A stretch of DNA of 64,000 nucleotides from Nitrospiraceae bacterium (GCA_050246315.1 JBFWWG010000004.1:192001-256000); one strand, 5' to 3'; shown: positions 50,016-59,905, counted from the first letter of the stretch. The notes: generated by a model not told the origin, from the letters alone. Translations and numbers: made by a program.

Positions 50016-51455
50016 CTATCGTGCCGATTGGGATGGGGCCGGAGCCGCGTCCAGCTCGATGTCCTGCATGAGTCGCTGAAAGTCCTTGTCGTTCCGGATG
50101 AGGCGGGTGGCAGCCAGGAGCAGCCGATCGAGTTGCTGATCCGTCAGGGAAAGGTTGGTGGGGATGTTCATGAGATATTCCATCTCGTGCGGATCTTCCA
50201 ATTCCGTCAGGCTGGCGTTGATGAAGTAGATATCGGCGTCGGGCGTGAAGGCGCTGTTCTCGACATGCTCTCGCCGTCTAAGCTCCACCTTCCATTGTTC
50301 GACGCCCTGTCTCATGAGCTGGAGCGTATCGGTGGAATAGCGGTTGATCGGGATATCGATGAGGGCATGGCTGACACGCGAGAGACCGGGGATGTCGTTC
50401 ACGATGTATTGACTCAAATCCGGAGCTGTCTCGGCGCTGACCAACAGGTAGACCAGCTTCCGAACGTTTTTCACCCCAAGCAGGTTGAAAAACGACTCAA
50501 GATCCCCGGTGAGCGCCGCCGTTTCCAACATGCTGCGCATGCCGATATTATCCGACAGGCCGCCGTCCAGCAAGTGGATGTAGGGGCGATTCTCGGCATC
50601 GAGATACGTCAGCAGCTCCTTCTGCCGCTGGCGCCCCCAGGATGTCTGGTTCATCGTGGTGAACCGAGCCGGAGGATGAAAATCGCATTGTCCGGCGTAA
50701 TTCTTCATCGCAATGGGGCTCAGAATGAGCGGCAACGCGCTCGAGGAGGCCGTGGCGATCGAAAGCGGCAGTTGGCTGAGGTCGGAGCAGATGAGGTCGA
50801 ACTGACGTTGGATGAACTCGAACCGCGAGAGGGTCGCCATATCGGAGGCATGAAGAAAGATGAGCGGCCGTCGATGTCGCTCGACCAGGTCACCGAAGGT
50901 ATGCCCGTCAAACAGCGCTTCATCGAGCAGCTCGGCAAAGATGTGGGCGCGGCCGAAATAGGGAGACCAGAGCCGGAACCAGTTGTGGGGCGACCAGAAG
51001 ACCCGCCATTTGAGTTCGCTCTCCCAGTCCTTCCGCAGAAAGCGGTACTCAAAGTCGTGAAAAATGCGGTCGCCGTAGAGCGCGTAGTAGGCGGCGGTAA
51101 AGCTGCCCCCGGACAGCGCGTTAATGAGGTTTAGTCCGTCGACCAGTCGTTCGTTTCGCCCCTCCCAGGTGATCGGCGTGCGCGCCAGTTCACGCAAGAC
51201 TCCGTAGGAGAGCGCCGCAGCCCGCGCGCCTCCTCCGGAGAAGGAGGCGATGATGAAGAGACCGTCCGAACTGCCGGTTTCAGCAGCCGGAAAGTTGGTG
51301 AATCGATACCCGTACGTAAGATCCCACCGCTCGAGCGGGGCATTCAGGGTCGGACGGACATACTCGCAACCGAGTGTCAGGCTGAACAGCCCGATCAACA
51401 GCCATGCGCCTGTGCGTCGCCCGGCGCCGAACGCGCCACGTGCCGCGTGTCTCAT
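50016..51455 (-). CDS. Patatin-like phospholipase family lipoprotein
   Basis: Lipobox TLGC, SGGGARAA, LSGGSF nucleophile elbow, LLDGG. Confidence 0.87.
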   Translation of the reverse strand: MRHAARGAFGAGRRTGAWLLIGLFSLTLGCEYVRPTLNAPLERWDLTYGYRFTNFPAAETGSSDGLFIIASFSGGGARAAALSYGVLRELARTPITWEGRNERLVDGLNLINALSGGSFTAAYYALYGDRIFHDFEYRFLRKDWESELKWRVFWSPHNWFRLWSPYFGRAHIFAELLDEALFDGHTFGDLVERHRRPLIFLHASDMATLSRFEFIQRQFDLICSDLSQLPLSIATASSSALPLILSPIAMKNYAGQCDFHPPARFTTMNQTSWGRQRQKELLTYLDAENRPYIHLLDGGLSDNIGMRSMLETAALTGDLESFFNLLGVKNVRKLVYLLVSAETAPDLSQYIVNDIPGLSRVSHALIDIPINRYSTDTLQLMRQGVEQWKVELRRREHVENSAFTPDADIYFINASLTELEDPHEMEYLMNIPTNLSLTDQQLDRLLLAATRLIRNDKDFQRLMQDIELDAAPAPSQSAR

Positions 51456-51466
51456 AAGCCGGCGGC

Positions 51467-51495
51467 AGGGTACAAATTCGAGAAGAACCTGTCAA
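51467..51495 (-). promoter_or_regulatory. Possible sigma-70 promoter giving a near-leaderless patatin mRNA
   Basis: TTGACA-17 nt-TACCCT, ending 11 nt before the ATG; no clear RBS. Confidence 0.45.
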
Positions 51496-51559
51496 CCGAG
51501 GGAGCGCCTCTGCGCCGAATGCAGGAGGCACCCGACTGGCGGCCTCTTTCCACATCCTG

Positions 51560-51916
51560 TTACCGGGCTTTCAGCTTGGCTTCCAGGTAGGCTTTCAGTG
51601 CGACCGCATTGTTATGTTTCAGGTCATGCGCGGCACAGAGCAGCGTCACGGTTCCCTCCCGAGCCGCCTCCAGGAGCGATTGCCAGCCATCGGGATTATC
51701 GTCCAGCTCGGCGCGATAGCGATGCTGGAACTCGGTCCAGCGCTTCGGATCGTGCCCAAACCACTTCCGCAGACTCCCACTGGGAGCGACATCTTTTAGC
51801 CAGCCTGCCAGACGAAGCTCTTCTTTCTTGACGGCTCGTGGCCAGAGGCGATCGACCAGGAAACGAGCGCCGTCCCCGCGGGCGGCCGGTTCGTAGACGC
51901 GCTTGATGCGAATCAT
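51560..51916 (-). CDS. DUF488 (YeaO-like) protein
   Basis: IRIKRVY, LVDRLWPR, WLKDVAPS, LRKWFGHD, HNNA. Alternative coupled start at 51949. Confidence 0.9.
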   Translation of the reverse strand: MIRIKRVYEPAARGDGARFLVDRLWPRAVKKEELRLAGWLKDVAPSGSLRKWFGHDPKRWTEFQHRYRAELDDNPDGWQSLLEAAREGTVTLLCAAHDLKHNNAVALKAYLEAKLKAR

Positions 51917-51945
51917 CGCCTTTCCTTTCCCGAGGGTCATCCGGC

Positions 51946-52269
51946 TCATCCTCGCCCCAACTGAGCCTTGGCTGCGTCGCTCATCATGTCCGGCCGCCAA
52001 GGCGGATCCCATACAAGATCGACCTCCACCGAACGGGCTTCGGGCAGCTCCCGCAGGATGGCTGAATGCACCATCTCCATCAAGAGTTCTTCCATCGGGC
52101 AGGCCGGCGTCGTCATGGTCATCCTGACATGGACTTGGCTGTCCCGCACCTCGGTTCCATAGACCAACCCAAGATCGACGATATTGACTCCCAGCTCGGG
52201 GTCCACGACCTGCCGCAACGCGTCGAGCACTTGAGTCTGTAAGCCGGTCGTCTGAGTAGGGTCCGCCAT
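51946..52269 (-). CDS. DUF59/SufT-like metal-sulfur cluster assembly factor
   Basis: VVDPELGVNIVDLGLVY, MTMTTPACP, VWDPPW..MMS. Confidence 0.92.
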   Translation of the reverse strand: MADPTQTTGLQTQVLDALRQVVDPELGVNIVDLGLVYGTEVRDSQVHVRMTMTTPACPMEELLMEMVHSAILRELPEARSVEVDLVWDPPWRPDMMSDAAKAQLGRG

Positions 52270-52320
52270 TCGATTACCTTCCTCTCTCGTTGTTGCCCGA
52301 CCTCCGTCGAACCCCGTCCC

Positions 52321-53421
52321 TCATGATGCTCCCGCTTTGACCGTAGCCGCGTCCTTGACCGGGTTCCGAAGAGCATAGACCGTGTTGGCGAGAAAGAACA
52401 ACAGGGCCAGGACGTTCAGCAAGCCGCCTACCTGACGTCCAGCCCCCCACCCGATCAGGTCGCCCGCGAGCCGAAGGACCAATGTGACCTGGAGCAGGAT
52501 CGCGTGCGCATAAAACATCGGTCGAAAAGCCATCCTGGCGCCGAGCACAGCCGGGAAAATGATCGGCGCATGGCCGAAAATCATCGCGAAGACAAAGCCA
52601 AGGAAAAAGGCATGCAGCATCGCGTCGTACTGCGGCCCGGCAGAGACTCCGCCAAAGACGACCGCCAGTAGCCCGCTGAGCCCGAGCCAGACGTATCCCG
52701 AGAGGAGACAGACCGCGATGAATCGTGTGATCCCTGTTTGCCTCACGGTGCGCCGTGCAATGTCGTGCCTTCCCAACCACAAGGCAAGGCCGACCATACC
52801 GGCTCCAACCAGACGCACTCCGATGTCGAAGGAAAAACCGATCACGATCAACCCCATCAGAACGCTGGCGAGCGTGAGCAGAAAGCTTGCTTGGCTGCCC
52901 GGTGACAGTTGCTGTAATCGAGCCAACTCCTGCCGTTCCCCGGCGATGGTCAACAAGAGAAAGCCCGCCCACCAAAAGACGAAATGGGCAATCGGCCAAC
53001 CCCAAAGCCAGAGGAGGTTCCCCGCGACCCAGCAGGCCGCACCGAGTCCCATCGTTACCGTGTAGAGGGCCGGCCGGAGCCGAATGATCACCGCAAAGAT
53101 CGCGACAAGCCCGAGACTCCCGGCCAGAATCAGGACCGGTGCGCCAGAACCCTGAAACCCGGCGATCAGACCAAGTCCGCCCAATCCACTCAGCAGCGGT
53201 GCGGCATAGGCCCAGCGACGCCCTAACGCCACCGCTCGCTCCAGGCCGATGAGCGTGCCGAGGAAGCCGGAGATCATCAGCGGACCATGAACCGCAGGCA
53301 GAATCGGCTGCAACGGAGGAATGTCCCACCCCAGGCGCAGCAACCCTGCCCAGAGCCCCGTCAAGAGCGCAATCATCCCCAGTGCAAGGAGGGGCAGCCG
53401 TTGAGGATGTCGGATGATCAT
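52321..53421 (-). CDS. His-containing multi-pass membrane protein (distantly NnrS-like)
   Basis: About 12 TM segments; HGPLMISGFLG, LERAVAL, HAFFLGF, IFGHAPII. Start placed at ATG 53421. Confidence 0.75.
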   Translation of the reverse strand: MIIRHPQRLPLLALGMIALLTGLWAGLLRLGWDIPPLQPILPAVHGPLMISGFLGTLIGLERAVALGRRWAYAAPLLSGLGGLGLIAGFQGSGAPVLILAGSLGLVAIFAVIIRLRPALYTVTMGLGAACWVAGNLLWLWGWPIAHFVFWWAGFLLLTIAGERQELARLQQLSPGSQASFLLTLASVLMGLIVIGFSFDIGVRLVGAGMVGLALWLGRHDIARRTVRQTGITRFIAVCLLSGYVWLGLSGLLAVVFGGVSAGPQYDAMLHAFFLGFVFAMIFGHAPIIFPAVLGARMAFRPMFYAHAILLQVTLVLRLAGDLIGWGAGRQVGGLLNVLALLFFLANTVYALRNPVKDAATVKAGAS

Positions 53422-53465
53422 CGTCAGCTCGGTCGTGAATTGTCGCGTCAGCTTGCCAACGCCGG

Positions 53466-55106
53466 TCAGTGCGGAAGCGATTTCAGCCGCTCGGTCAGTC
53501 GGAGGTTCTCTCCATAGTCCACCGGGCAATCGATGACCGACGGCACCTTGCTCGTGAACGCCCTGGCGAGGATCGGCCGAAGCTCCGATCGTTCCGTCAC
53601 CCGATAGCCCGTCGCTCCGAAACTCTCCGCGTAGCGCACAAGGTCGGGATTGCCGAATTCCACGGAAGAGGTCCGGCCATACCGAACTTGCTGCTTCCAC
53701 CGGATGACCCCGTACCCGTCATCCCGCCAGATCAGAATGACCAATGGCAGACCCAGGCGGACCGCCGTCTCCAATTCCTGGGAGTTCATCAGAAAGCCGC
53801 CGTCGCCCATGACCGCGATCACCCGGCGCTCGGGATATAACAGTTTGGCGGCGATCGCACCGGGCAAGGCGATCCCCATCGTCGCAAAGCCGTTGGAGAT
53901 GATGCAGGAATTGGGCATCTCGCAAGAAAACATGCGGGCCATCCACAGCTTATGGGCGCCGACATCGCAGAGCACGAGGTCATCCGAATTCAGCGCGCTC
54001 CGCAAGTCTCGCATCACATGTTGCGGCCGCATGGGCCAGGACGAAGGGCTGTCCGATTCAGCCTCAAACCCATCGATCACGGTCCGACGCGCCGCATGAG
54101 CCCAGGACACATCGAACGGTTCGAGGCCAGCCCCGACCAGATCGAGAGACAGGCGAAGATCCCCCAGGAGACCCACATCGACAATGTAATGTTCATCGAC
54201 CTCCGCCGGCGAGACATCGATATGGACGATGAGCTTGTCCCGGCGCGGATTCCAGAAGCAGGGGGCATATTCCACGAAATCATAGCCCAGCGCGATGACC
54301 ACATCGGCTCGTTCCATCACGAGCGAGGCATAGTCCCGGGCTTGGAGGCCGATCGTGTAGAGCGACAGCGGATCGCTGTCCGGCAGCACACCCTTGGCCA
54401 TGAACGTGTGCAGGACAGGAATCTGCAATCGCCGCGCAAACTGTCTGACCCCTTCGGCAGCGCGACCGCGAATCACGCCGTTGCCGGCGAGAATCACCGG
54501 ACGTCGTGCCCGTTCGATCGTCTGGATCGCCCGAGTCACCTGCGCACGCGACGGCTCGGGGAGGATCGGGGCCTGGACAAACAGCGGCTCCATGGCGTGA
54601 GCATCGGCGATCGTCGCTTCCGCCACATCCTCCGGAATTTCCAGATGCGTCGCGCCGGGCTTTTCCGTCTGTGCGATCTTGAACGCCTTCCGCACCGCTT
54701 CGGGAATGACCTCCGGCTTCGGAAGCGAGGTATTCCATTTGGTGACGGGTTTGAACATCGAGCAGACGTCGATGTACTGATGCGATTCCTTGTGGCGGCG
54801 ATTCAGCGAGGCCTGCCCGCTGATGGCGACCAGCGGGGCCCGGTCCAGGTAGGCGTCTACGACGCCGGTCAGAAGGTTCGTCGCGCCCGGCCCCAAGGTG
54901 GATAGACACACCCCGGGCCGTCCGCTGAGCCTGCCATAGACGTCGGCCATGAACGCGGCTCCCTGTTCGTGCCGCGTCTCGATAAAGCGAATCCGAGAAT
55001 CCAGGAGAACATCCATCAGCTCCAAGGTCTCCTCGCCGGGGAGACCGAAGACCAGTTGGACGCCTTCATTTTCCAGACAACGCACCAGCAGTTCAGCCGC
55101 CTTCAT
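53466..55106 (-). CDS. Acetolactate synthase large-subunit-like TPP enzyme
   Basis: FGLPGEE, RHEQGAAFMA, TLGPGATN, GDGGFLMNSQELET; no small-subunit gene adjacent. Confidence 0.92.
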   Translation of the reverse strand: MKAAELLVRCLENEGVQLVFGLPGEETLELMDVLLDSRIRFIETRHEQGAAFMADVYGRLSGRPGVCLSTLGPGATNLLTGVVDAYLDRAPLVAISGQASLNRRHKESHQYIDVCSMFKPVTKWNTSLPKPEVIPEAVRKAFKIAQTEKPGATHLEIPEDVAEATIADAHAMEPLFVQAPILPEPSRAQVTRAIQTIERARRPVILAGNGVIRGRAAEGVRQFARRLQIPVLHTFMAKGVLPDSDPLSLYTIGLQARDYASLVMERADVVIALGYDFVEYAPCFWNPRRDKLIVHIDVSPAEVDEHYIVDVGLLGDLRLSLDLVGAGLEPFDVSWAHAARRTVIDGFEAESDSPSSWPMRPQHVMRDLRSALNSDDLVLCDVGAHKLWMARMFSCEMPNSCIISNGFATMGIALPGAIAAKLLYPERRVIAVMGDGGFLMNSQELETAVRLGLPLVILIWRDDGYGVIRWKQQVRYGRTSSVEFGNPDLVRYAESFGATGYRVTERSELRPILARAFTSKVPSVIDCPVDYGENLRLTERLKSLPH

Positions 55107-55253
55107 ACGGGCCTCGTTTCAAGAGGATTTTGCGTCCCGAGGAGACAAGTCGGTCCGCGACCCACGGAGCACCTTGATCTTAACAACCTTGGGCCGGCCA
55201 TGGAACGGAACAGGCTGCGCGCCGACAACAGCCGGAGATCGTCGAGGCTGCGC

Positions 55254-55616
55254 TTAACGGTTATAGTTGGCGACGACTCTGGCGATCTGACCTTGCGCAT
55301 CCAGCTCCATGAATTCTCCCGCCTTCGTGCCCTTCTGGTTCACGTAATACAGCACGAGGCTGGAAATCCCCCACAGCACATCCAAAAGTTCGAACCTCAG
55401 ATCGGGATAGACCTCCAAACCCTGTCTGAAGTAGGCCCTCAGCGCGTCCTTTCCTTTCACCGTTCCCGTTGGAGTATTCAGGAGCGTCGCGGCAATGGGC
55501 GAAACCAAGACGATCTGGTCCGCATAATGCGACAAAATCGATTCGAGATCGTGAGCATTCCACGCGCGGAGCCAGTCATCCGCTAGTAGCCGAGCCGTCT
55601 GTTCGGTCAGCATCAT
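55254..55616 (-). CDS. SnoaL/NTF2-like protein
   Basis: WLRAWNAHDLESILSHY, GKDALRAYF, YPDLRFEL. Confidence 0.87.
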   Translation of the reverse strand: MMLTEQTARLLADDWLRAWNAHDLESILSHYADQIVLVSPIAATLLNTPTGTVKGKDALRAYFRQGLEVYPDLRFELLDVLWGISSLVLYYVNQKGTKAGEFMELDAQGQIARVVANYNR

Positions 55617-55722
55617 TCCCCTCTCACAACTCAGCCTGTCTCCGTTTCGCCGCGGGCTCAAAAGAGAACACAAGACCCCAGACCTGAACCGCCAGAGTCC
55701 GGGATCATCAGCTCCTCTTGCC

Positions 55723-56337
55723 CTAGCGCCGCTTCGCCCTCCTGGTACTCTTTCTTGCTTCCGGCTTCTTCTTGGCTCCCGGTCTCTTCTTTTGTTTGTT
55801 GGAGCCTGACGTCGCGGCCGACGAGGCGGACACCGCACGCACGAGATACGACCCGATATGCGGAGCCCGCTGATCCAGGGACAGCAAGGGGTTGACCTCC
55901 GTGTGGGAATTCATGGGCTTGGTGATGTTGAGGGACAGAAACCTGACGAACCACTGCGGGTTCCCGCCATTGATGCCATGGGAGGTGATCTTGGATTGCG
56001 TATTGCTGCTCGGGGCCGCGGCGTATTGCTTGCCGTTCATCAGATCCAACAGGACTTCGATCCCCGTGTGGTTGCGCCCGTCGTTGGGTGACGGCGTGAA
56101 GGCAGGCTCGCTCAGTCCCTTGGTAATACCGGCGTGGGCATAGAGCGTTCCAAGGTCTGCACCGGTGGCGTATCGGAAGCCGTGTGTGGTCGTCAATGCG
56201 CCGAATCCGCCCAGCACTTCGCTGGCCGATCGATTGGTCGTTACGGTCAGGTTGAGCCATTCCAAATTGGTTTCCGTGTCCAACGTGAGCAATTGATCAC
56301 CACTGCCGGGTACGAGATCTTTCTGAATCAATGCCAT
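55723..56337 (-). CDS. Hypothetical protein with a Lys/Arg-rich C-terminal tail
   Basis: RBS GGAGG; LTLDTETNLEWLNLT, GFRYAT; tail KQKKRPGAKKKPEARKSTRRAKRR. Confidence 0.7.
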   Translation of the reverse strand: MALIQKDLVPGSGDQLLTLDTETNLEWLNLTVTTNRSASEVLGGFGALTTTHGFRYATGADLGTLYAHAGITKGLSEPAFTPSPNDGRNHTGIEVLLDLMNGKQYAAAPSSNTQSKITSHGINGGNPQWFVRFLSLNITKPMNSHTEVNPLLSLDQRAPHIGSYLVRAVSASSAATSGSNKQKKRPGAKKKPEARKSTRRAKRR

Positions 56338-56441
56338 AACAATCTCCTCCATTTATAAGATTAGGTTCGTCAACGAGCTGAGCGTGGACGGATCGCTCTC
56401 TCCGATTGCCTCTGTCACTTCTCGCATGCCCTCCGGGCGAC

Positions 56442-57464
56442 CTAGCGAAACGACACGAGCATTTGTTCTAGCGAGCCGGGCACCGAGTGCAGCTCGGTTC
56501 GACCAAAGCCTGTGGCGCAGAACATCCGCTCGTATTCCTTGAACGTGTACGCGTCCCCTTCCGGCGTCGTGGCAAGCATGATCAGGCTGAACTCGGCTAC
56601 GAGGGGCGGCGTGACGCGATCGTCGTTGGGCACGAACTCCAGGGTAAGAACCCGCCCGCTCGGCGCGAGGCATCGATGGATCTTGCGGAGCAACGTTTCA
56701 CATGTGGCGGGAGGAAAGTGATGGAGAAAATTGGTGAGGAGCACCAGGTCGTATCCTGCCCCGAACTCCTGCTGGAAGGCATCTCCGGCGATGGTCCGGT
56801 AGCGATCCTGAACACCGGCGCGGCGCGCGAGATCCTGCGCGACGACTAAGACGTTCGGCCAGTCGAGCGCGACGATCTCGGCGTGAGGGCACCGTTTGGC
56901 GATCTCGACCCCGAACAGCCCGTGTCCCGCTGCAATGTCCAAGACCTTTTTCACGTCCGGCTGAGTGCGACTCACAAAGTGGGCCATCTCCTCTGCCGGC
57001 TTGACCGTCATGGGGATCATGGATTTGGCGAAATCGACCCAAAGCGGATGTTCAGGCGCAACGGTCCCCGCCTCACCGGTCACGGTGCCTCCCTTTCGGA
57101 CCGCCCCTGTGAGGTTCTGGAAGGCCTCAACAAATCTCGGTGCGTGCAGGAAGCCCAGCACGGACCCCATATAGGCCGGAGACCGTCGATCGAGAAACAA
57201 CTCCGAATCGGGCGTCAGCCTGTACCGGTTATCTTCCTTCACGATGAAGCCCTGGATGGTCAGATAGTCCGCGAGGATCCGCACACCTCGTTCCGCCGCC
57301 CCGCAGCGTTGCGCAAGAGCGTCGGTGGAACCCTTCCCCTCCCCAATAGCAGTGAACAGATCCAGTTCGACGGCCGCCTTCAGCGCTTGCGTTCGATGGT
57401 AGGCATTGGCGGTCTGAAAAAACAGTTGAGGCGTGGGGCCACCGGCCTGATCCTGAGTCGGCAT
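56442..57464 (-). CDS. SAM-dependent O-methyltransferase with a dimerisation domain
   Basis: ALKAAVELDLF, VLDIAAGHG, IAGDAF, NFLHHF. Confidence 0.9.
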   Translation of the reverse strand: MPTQDQAGGPTPQLFFQTANAYHRTQALKAAVELDLFTAIGEGKGSTDALAQRCGAAERGVRILADYLTIQGFIVKEDNRYRLTPDSELFLDRRSPAYMGSVLGFLHAPRFVEAFQNLTGAVRKGGTVTGEAGTVAPEHPLWVDFAKSMIPMTVKPAEEMAHFVSRTQPDVKKVLDIAAGHGLFGVEIAKRCPHAEIVALDWPNVLVVAQDLARRAGVQDRYRTIAGDAFQQEFGAGYDLVLLTNFLHHFPPATCETLLRKIHRCLAPSGRVLTLEFVPNDDRVTPPLVAEFSLIMLATTPEGDAYTFKEYERMFCATGFGRTELHSVPGSLEQMLVSFR

Positions 57465-57508
57465 AAGCGGGTCCTCCTCGTGGGGTTCTTTACCAGAGAA
57501 ACAGGCAG

Positions 57509-57537
57509 AAGCTACCGGTCGAGAACAATCGTGTCAA
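57509..57537 (-). promoter_or_regulatory. Sigma-70 promoter of the methyltransferase gene
   Basis: TTGACA-17 nt-TAGCTT. Confidence 0.5.
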
Positions 57538-57587
57538 CCTCCCGTGTTGAGTCGCGTATCGATCGAATGCGCCCGCTCGCTGCGGCG

Positions 57588-58076
57588 TCACCGATGAGGC
57601 GGCGTTGACACTGTCTCGTTCAGGAGCTGTTGCAGTTGATCGAGAAAGCCCCGCTGTCCCTGCTGCAATTTCGTTCGGGCAGTGGCGAGATCGTACCAGG
57701 CCCCACGGTCCACCTCGGGAAACTCTTGCATCGTCCCGGAACGAGGCGGCCATTCCATCGAAACGGTGTTGCTGTTCAGCCCGGTCTCGTCCACGTCCCC
57801 CTCCACAGCCCATACCGACACCACCTTGCCGCTGGGTTGTTTCAATGGTGAGAGCGCGCAAAATGGCCCATTCACTTCGGAGCCGGTTTCCTCGTGGAAT
57901 TCGCGTTTCGCCGCGGCCAAGGCATCGTCGCCCTCGTGATACTCGCCTTTGGGAATCGACCAGGCCCCGTCATCCTTCTTGGACCAGAAGGGCCCGCCTG
58001 GATGAACCAGCAAGACCTGCAGGCCCTCCTGCCTCCGTCGATAGAGCAGAATACCGGCGCTCAATGTCTTCGCCAC
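57588..58076 (-). CDS. NUDIX hydrolase
   Basis: SAGILLY, VHPGGPFW, PKGE...AAKREFHEETG, FPEVDR. Confidence 0.9.
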   Translation of the reverse strand: MAKTLSAGILLYRRRQEGLQVLLVHPGGPFWSKKDDGAWSIPKGEYHEGDDALAAAKREFHEETGSEVNGPFCALSPLKQPSGKVVSVWAVEGDVDETGLNSNTVSMEWPPRSGTMQEFPEVDRGAWYDLATARTKLQQGQRGFLDQLQQLLNETVSTPPHR

Positions 58077-58214
58077 GAATCGCCTCTCGAAGAACCTTAC
58101 AGTCTGAGGAGGAGATGTTCAACACGCACTTCCGACCTTTTATTTTCGCGTCGTCTCCGCCTTCTCGTCCTTCCCTTTTCTTTGCCATTGAACCGGCGCA
58201 TACTCGCGCAGCTT

Positions 58215-58808
58215 ATGACTTATCCACTCCTTCGATTTGCCCACCTGGTCGGCGTCACGCTCATGGGAGCAGGCTTGATCGGCGTGTGGCTGGCGGATTT
58301 GCGCTCCCGCCAAGTGCAAGACCTCGTCCGGTTCGCCGAGGCCGTCCGGAACATCGCAGTCTTTTACGATGGAGTGGTGGTGCCGGGGGCGGTGATGCTC
58401 TTCGTCTCGGGCGCCTGGATGACCGCCGAGGTTTGGGGTGGCTGGGAGTTCACGCAACAGCCCTGGCTGGCCGGCATGATTCTATTGTTCGTGATTGAAT
58501 TCGTGGAGGGCAACACCGTCACACGGCTGTATTTCATGCGGCTTCGGCGTCTGACAAACGAGGCATTGGTGTCGGGAGCCCCGACAGCGGAACTCAGCCG
58601 CGCGCGGCAGGAACACCTCCCGACGTTCACACACTTCCTGGATATTCCTATCTTGATGGTCATCATCTCGCTCGGGGCGATCCGACCCATGACCTGGACG
58701 CAATTCGCTGTCGGCACCATCTGCGGGCTCTTTGTCGCCGCAGCCCTGACCTTTTGGATTCCCCGCCTCTATCCCTGGACGCCGCCGGAACCCAGCAAAC
58801 CGATTTAG
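58215..58808 (+). CDS. DUF2269-like membrane protein
   Basis: LLRFAHLVGV, several TM helices, second His in FTHFLD. Start placed at ATG 58215. Confidence 0.7.
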   Translation: MTYPLLRFAHLVGVTLMGAGLIGVWLADLRSRQVQDLVRFAEAVRNIAVFYDGVVVPGAVMLFVSGAWMTAEVWGGWEFTQQPWLAGMILLFVIEFVEGNTVTRLYFMRLRRLTNEALVSGAPTAELSRARQEHLPTFTHFLDIPILMVIISLGAIRPMTWTQFAVGTICGLFVAAALTFWIPRLYPWTPPEPSKPI

Positions 58809-58886
58809 TCACCTGACTGGCCGAAAGCGGCACGGTGAATCTCGGCAGTTCCTCGAACGGAACAGCGGAGGCGATTGCAACCACTC

Positions 58887-59066
58887 CTACGACCTTGGGA
58901 TCCCCTCCCACACTACCTTACCTCGCAAGCGGCGAATCCCTTCCTAACCCTTGACCTGAATAAGCCGTCGCAACCCCTCCTCGACCACCGCGCGCTTGGT
59001 CGCAAGCCCTGCCGCCTTCATGGCCTGCCGCATCAAGCTGTTATCGATCACGATAGCGGTGCGCAT
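58887..59066 (-). pseudogene. Decayed VapB-family (DUF2191-like) antitoxin
   Basis: RBS GGAGG, then MRTAIVIDNSLMRQAMKAAGLATKRAVVEEGLRRLIQVKG*EGIRRLRGKVVWEG, with an in-frame TAG at 58944-58946. Confidence 0.75.
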
Positions 59067-59332
59067 GGGTCCTCCAAGAATGGCGTGTGTACGATCATAA
59101 TCGTGTCAGATCTTGCGATCACGCATCGACAAGAAGAACGATCTGCGGAGACATGCTCGCGCTCGCCTTCTTCTTGCAGACCACCGGCTGTCCGATCACA
59201 CTCGCACGAGTCCCGTCAAAGGAACCAACCAGCCATCTGCCTGAACTCCATCTCTGCTTGCCCGATCGTGAAGGGCGTGTAATTCTACTGTGACTGATCG
59301 AGACCGCCCATCCCACTCACTGGCAGCGCACG

Positions 59333-59905
59333 TTGGACATCCGCAACAATCGCTCCATTCCCTTGGTTGTATCTGCACTAGCAGGCCTGCTGGTCTGTCT
59401 TGTCATTTCGATCGTCACGGGGCGTAAGGAGGCCTGGGATTCCGAGGTTTATTTCTCCGTCGGCATCCCCATCATGTGCGCGCTGATCTTTGCCATCGGC
59501 TACCGCTTTCCTGAGCGAGCCTGGCGCTGGACCCTGAGCCCACATTATTCATGATGGTTCGTGACGAAACCGCCAAGACGCCAAGCGAGACGGGCACGCG
59601 GAGCCCCGAGGGGGCGAAGCATACTTGAAACAGTATGTTGAGGCCAAGAGGGGCGAGCCTGCCCGCTTGGGAGCCGAGAACTCGCTCCCAAGCTCGTCGC
59701 AGCGGCGTATCGGCGGTTGCAGTAGAAGCGTTCATGAATAATGTGGGTTAGCATGGCCGTCGGCCAGGCCATTGCCATGCTGTCGGCGGGCAATTCCCTC
59801 TCGCTCTGGCCACTGTCGCTTATCGCCATGGCGGTGCTGTCGGTTCCGCAGTTTGTGGTCGGATCGGTGGCGAGCAGACTGGCGATTCGGAAGCCCCGCG
59901 CGTGA
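59333..59905 (+). pseudogene. Membrane-protein gene (about 119 aa) interrupted by a family-A MITE
   Basis: Removing 59538-59750 joins ...RAWRWTLS to MAVGQAIAML...RKPRA* in frame. Confidence 0.82.
59538..59748. mobile_element. MITE-like element, family A (211 nt)
   Basis: 17-nt TIRs GCCCACATTATTCATGA / TCATGAATAATGTGGGT (16 of 17 match); flanks GA/TA; internal 10-bp hairpin GCTTGGGAGC/GCTCCCAAGC. Confidence 0.88.
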
